Shown here: positions 63,771 through 64,000 of the stretch, in pieces
How the letters are laid out: each line of letters opens with the position of its first letter
How positions within the stretch are numbered: position 1 is the first letter of the stretch
Assembly: GCA_009845995.1 (NCBI GenBank)
Contig: VXYK01000046.1
Location: 95,547-159,546 of the forward strand
Direction of reading: 5' to 3'
Length of the DNA stretch: 64,000 nucleotides
DNA from: Acidimicrobiaceae bacterium
GTDB taxonomy: Bacteria; Actinomycetota; Acidimicrobiia; Acidimicrobiales; Aldehydirespiratoraceae
Translations under genes and position numbers: made by a program
Notes under the pieces: generated by a model
The model's database searches: none
What the model was told of the DNA's origin: nothing
The model's input: the letters and a program-made list of their open reading frames with translations, nothing else

Positions 63771-63809
63771 AAGCAGGGCTGGGATATACTCCCGGCCCTG
63801 CTTATTTTT
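63771..63809 (+). terminator. Rho-independent terminator/attenuator after the SBP gene
   Basis: Stem agcagggc (63771-63778) pairs with gccctgct (63794-63801), with inner ggga/tccc pairing, followed by tatttttt. Confidence 0.7.
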
Positions 63810-63858
63810 TCTCCCTGAACCAGAATTTTCTGGTCCGGTCGAATCGAGGGGACGCACC

Positions 63859-64000
63859 TTGACGCTCGCCATTGAGCTAACCGGCATCACCAAGCGCTTC
63901 CCAGGTGTGGTGGCCAACGACAATGTGAACCTGTCGGTCGAAACCGGGGAGATACACGCGGTCTGCGGTGAGAACGGCGCTGGCAAGTCGACGTTGATGA
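63859..64000 (+). CDS. ABC transporter ATP-binding protein (partial, runs off the right edge)
   Basis: My translation from the TTG at 63859 is [47 protein letters not shown] (Walker A). It follows the BMP SBP gene, as in nucleoside/sugar uptake operons. Confidence 0.8.
   Translation, partial: MTLAIELTGITKRFPGVVANDNVNLSVETGEIHAVCGENGAGKSTLM

Overview
High-GC actinobacterial chromosome segment; rpf, bS22 and bL37 point to Actinomycetota, and I cannot place it lower from sequence alone. About three quarters of the window is housekeeping sequence, almost all on the minus strand: rsmI, rmuC, metG, tatD, rpf-like, rsmA/ksgA, ispE, tRNA-Gln, prs, rplY, pth, mfd, a methylase-MazG fusion, eno, an FtsB-like gene, then DUF501 and ppx. 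This order matches the rpfB-ksgA-ispE and mfd-mazG-eno-ppx neighbourhoods known from Mycobacterium. A block of about 10 kb (12.3-22.5 kb) interrupts the order between the FtsB-like gene and DUF501. That block holds Cox/Xdh-type molybdoenzyme maturation genes, one large molybdopterin subunit with no FeS or FAD partners, and an ABC-2 exporter. The left end (1-10.8 kb) carries a LysR regulator with a fatty-acid-hydroxylase/PanB-like operon, a HigBA-type module whose toxin is frameshifted, tRNA-Leu(UAA), a PD-(D/E)XK nuclease, a PQQ sugar dehydrogenase lipoprotein, an MFS transporter and acyl-CoA metabolism genes. The most interesting part is a visibly lower-GC accessory segment at about 44.1-57.6 kb with no integrase or transposase. 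It contains a type I R-M system with an unusual split layout. An Rx4H (HEPN-type) protein sits 11 nt upstream of hsdR. A small protein plus a retropepsin-like protein are start/stop-coupled to each other and to hsdS. hsdS carries a 21-nt GT/CA dinucleotide tract between its two target-recognition domains. hsdM lies about 2.6 kb away, behind an opposite-strand Phd/VapC module and an unknown gene. Next to this are a divergent 320-aa unknown protein, a 21-bp direct repeat, a probably frameshifted small gene, an NPxCP-repeat protein and further VapBC modules. The right end has a PHP-domain gene, bL37, VapBC, a DCC-family gene, an ADP-forming acyl-CoA synthetase pair and a BMP-family ABC uptake operon. 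All calls come from reading the supplied translations and the DNA by eye. No database search was run.
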